This document shows positions 63,877-64,000 of a stretch of DNA of 64,000 nucleotides, one piece after another; within the stretch, counting starts at the first letter, position 1, and every line of letters starts with the position of its first letter. The stretch spans positions 1 through 64,000 of the forward strand of contig CAJFCJ010000018.1 of the NCBI GenBank assembly GCA_904063045.1, written 5' to 3'. Made by a program: the position numbers and the translations under genes. Origin of the DNA: Dimorphilus gyrociliatus (taxonomy: Eukaryota; Animalia; Annelida). The notes beneath the pieces were generated by a model that was not told the origin of the DNA, did no database searches, and saw only the letters and a program-made list of their open reading frames with translations.

Positions 63877-64000
63877 TTATTCGATTATATCCGTTAGTAA
63901 ATTAATCAGTTTCCGAGCTATCAAAACAAACCAGAACGAAATTCAATATGGAGAAAAAATGGCGCATAAAAGTCTCCAGTCGATATGAATATTCAGTATT

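Noticed and set aside
63948-64000. Possible start of a plus-strand gene divergent from CTDSP
   Set aside because: Truncated by the window edge; too little sequence to support a call.
1-64000. CRISPR arrays, rRNA, tRNA and prokaryotic or phage systems
   Set aside because: None seen by eye; the DNA is intron-rich animal sequence. tRNAscan-SE and Infernal were not run.

Overview
AT-rich, gene-dense eukaryotic (animal) DNA with very short GT-AG introns (many ~55-70 nt) and many head-to-head gene pairs. It looks like a compact invertebrate genome, probably lophotrochozoan; the organism is inferred, not verified. I can support about 20 coding genes. Well recognised: an RGK-type GTPase, CHMP2A, PDAP1, BUD31, NUDC, NUDT6, a LanC-like protein, WDCP, STARD3, C3orf33, HMBS, WDR46, DDX19 and a CTDSP phosphatase. 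Called from domains only: a CUB/C-type lectin/EGF receptor, a PH-domain evectin-like protein, a two-cNMP-domain protein and a CD225/dispanin. There are also two orphan ORFs and a multi-copy neuropeptide precursor. Non-genic features are a defective 1383-bp IR-DR Tc1 transposon and a decayed intron-containing DDX19 duplicate. No rRNA, tRNA or CRISPR array was seen. Top leads: (1) the precursor at 36049-36417, which combines two achatin-like GFGE tetrapeptides with a xxxDFGxxxFN peptide family I cannot assign; (2) the DDX19 pseudogene, which has a perfect 23-bp hairpin matching the parent mRNA and an intron block better conserved than its exons; (3) a possibly dicistronic RGK/orphan-ORF unit. 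Exon boundaries and identities were read and counted by hand; no database searches were run.
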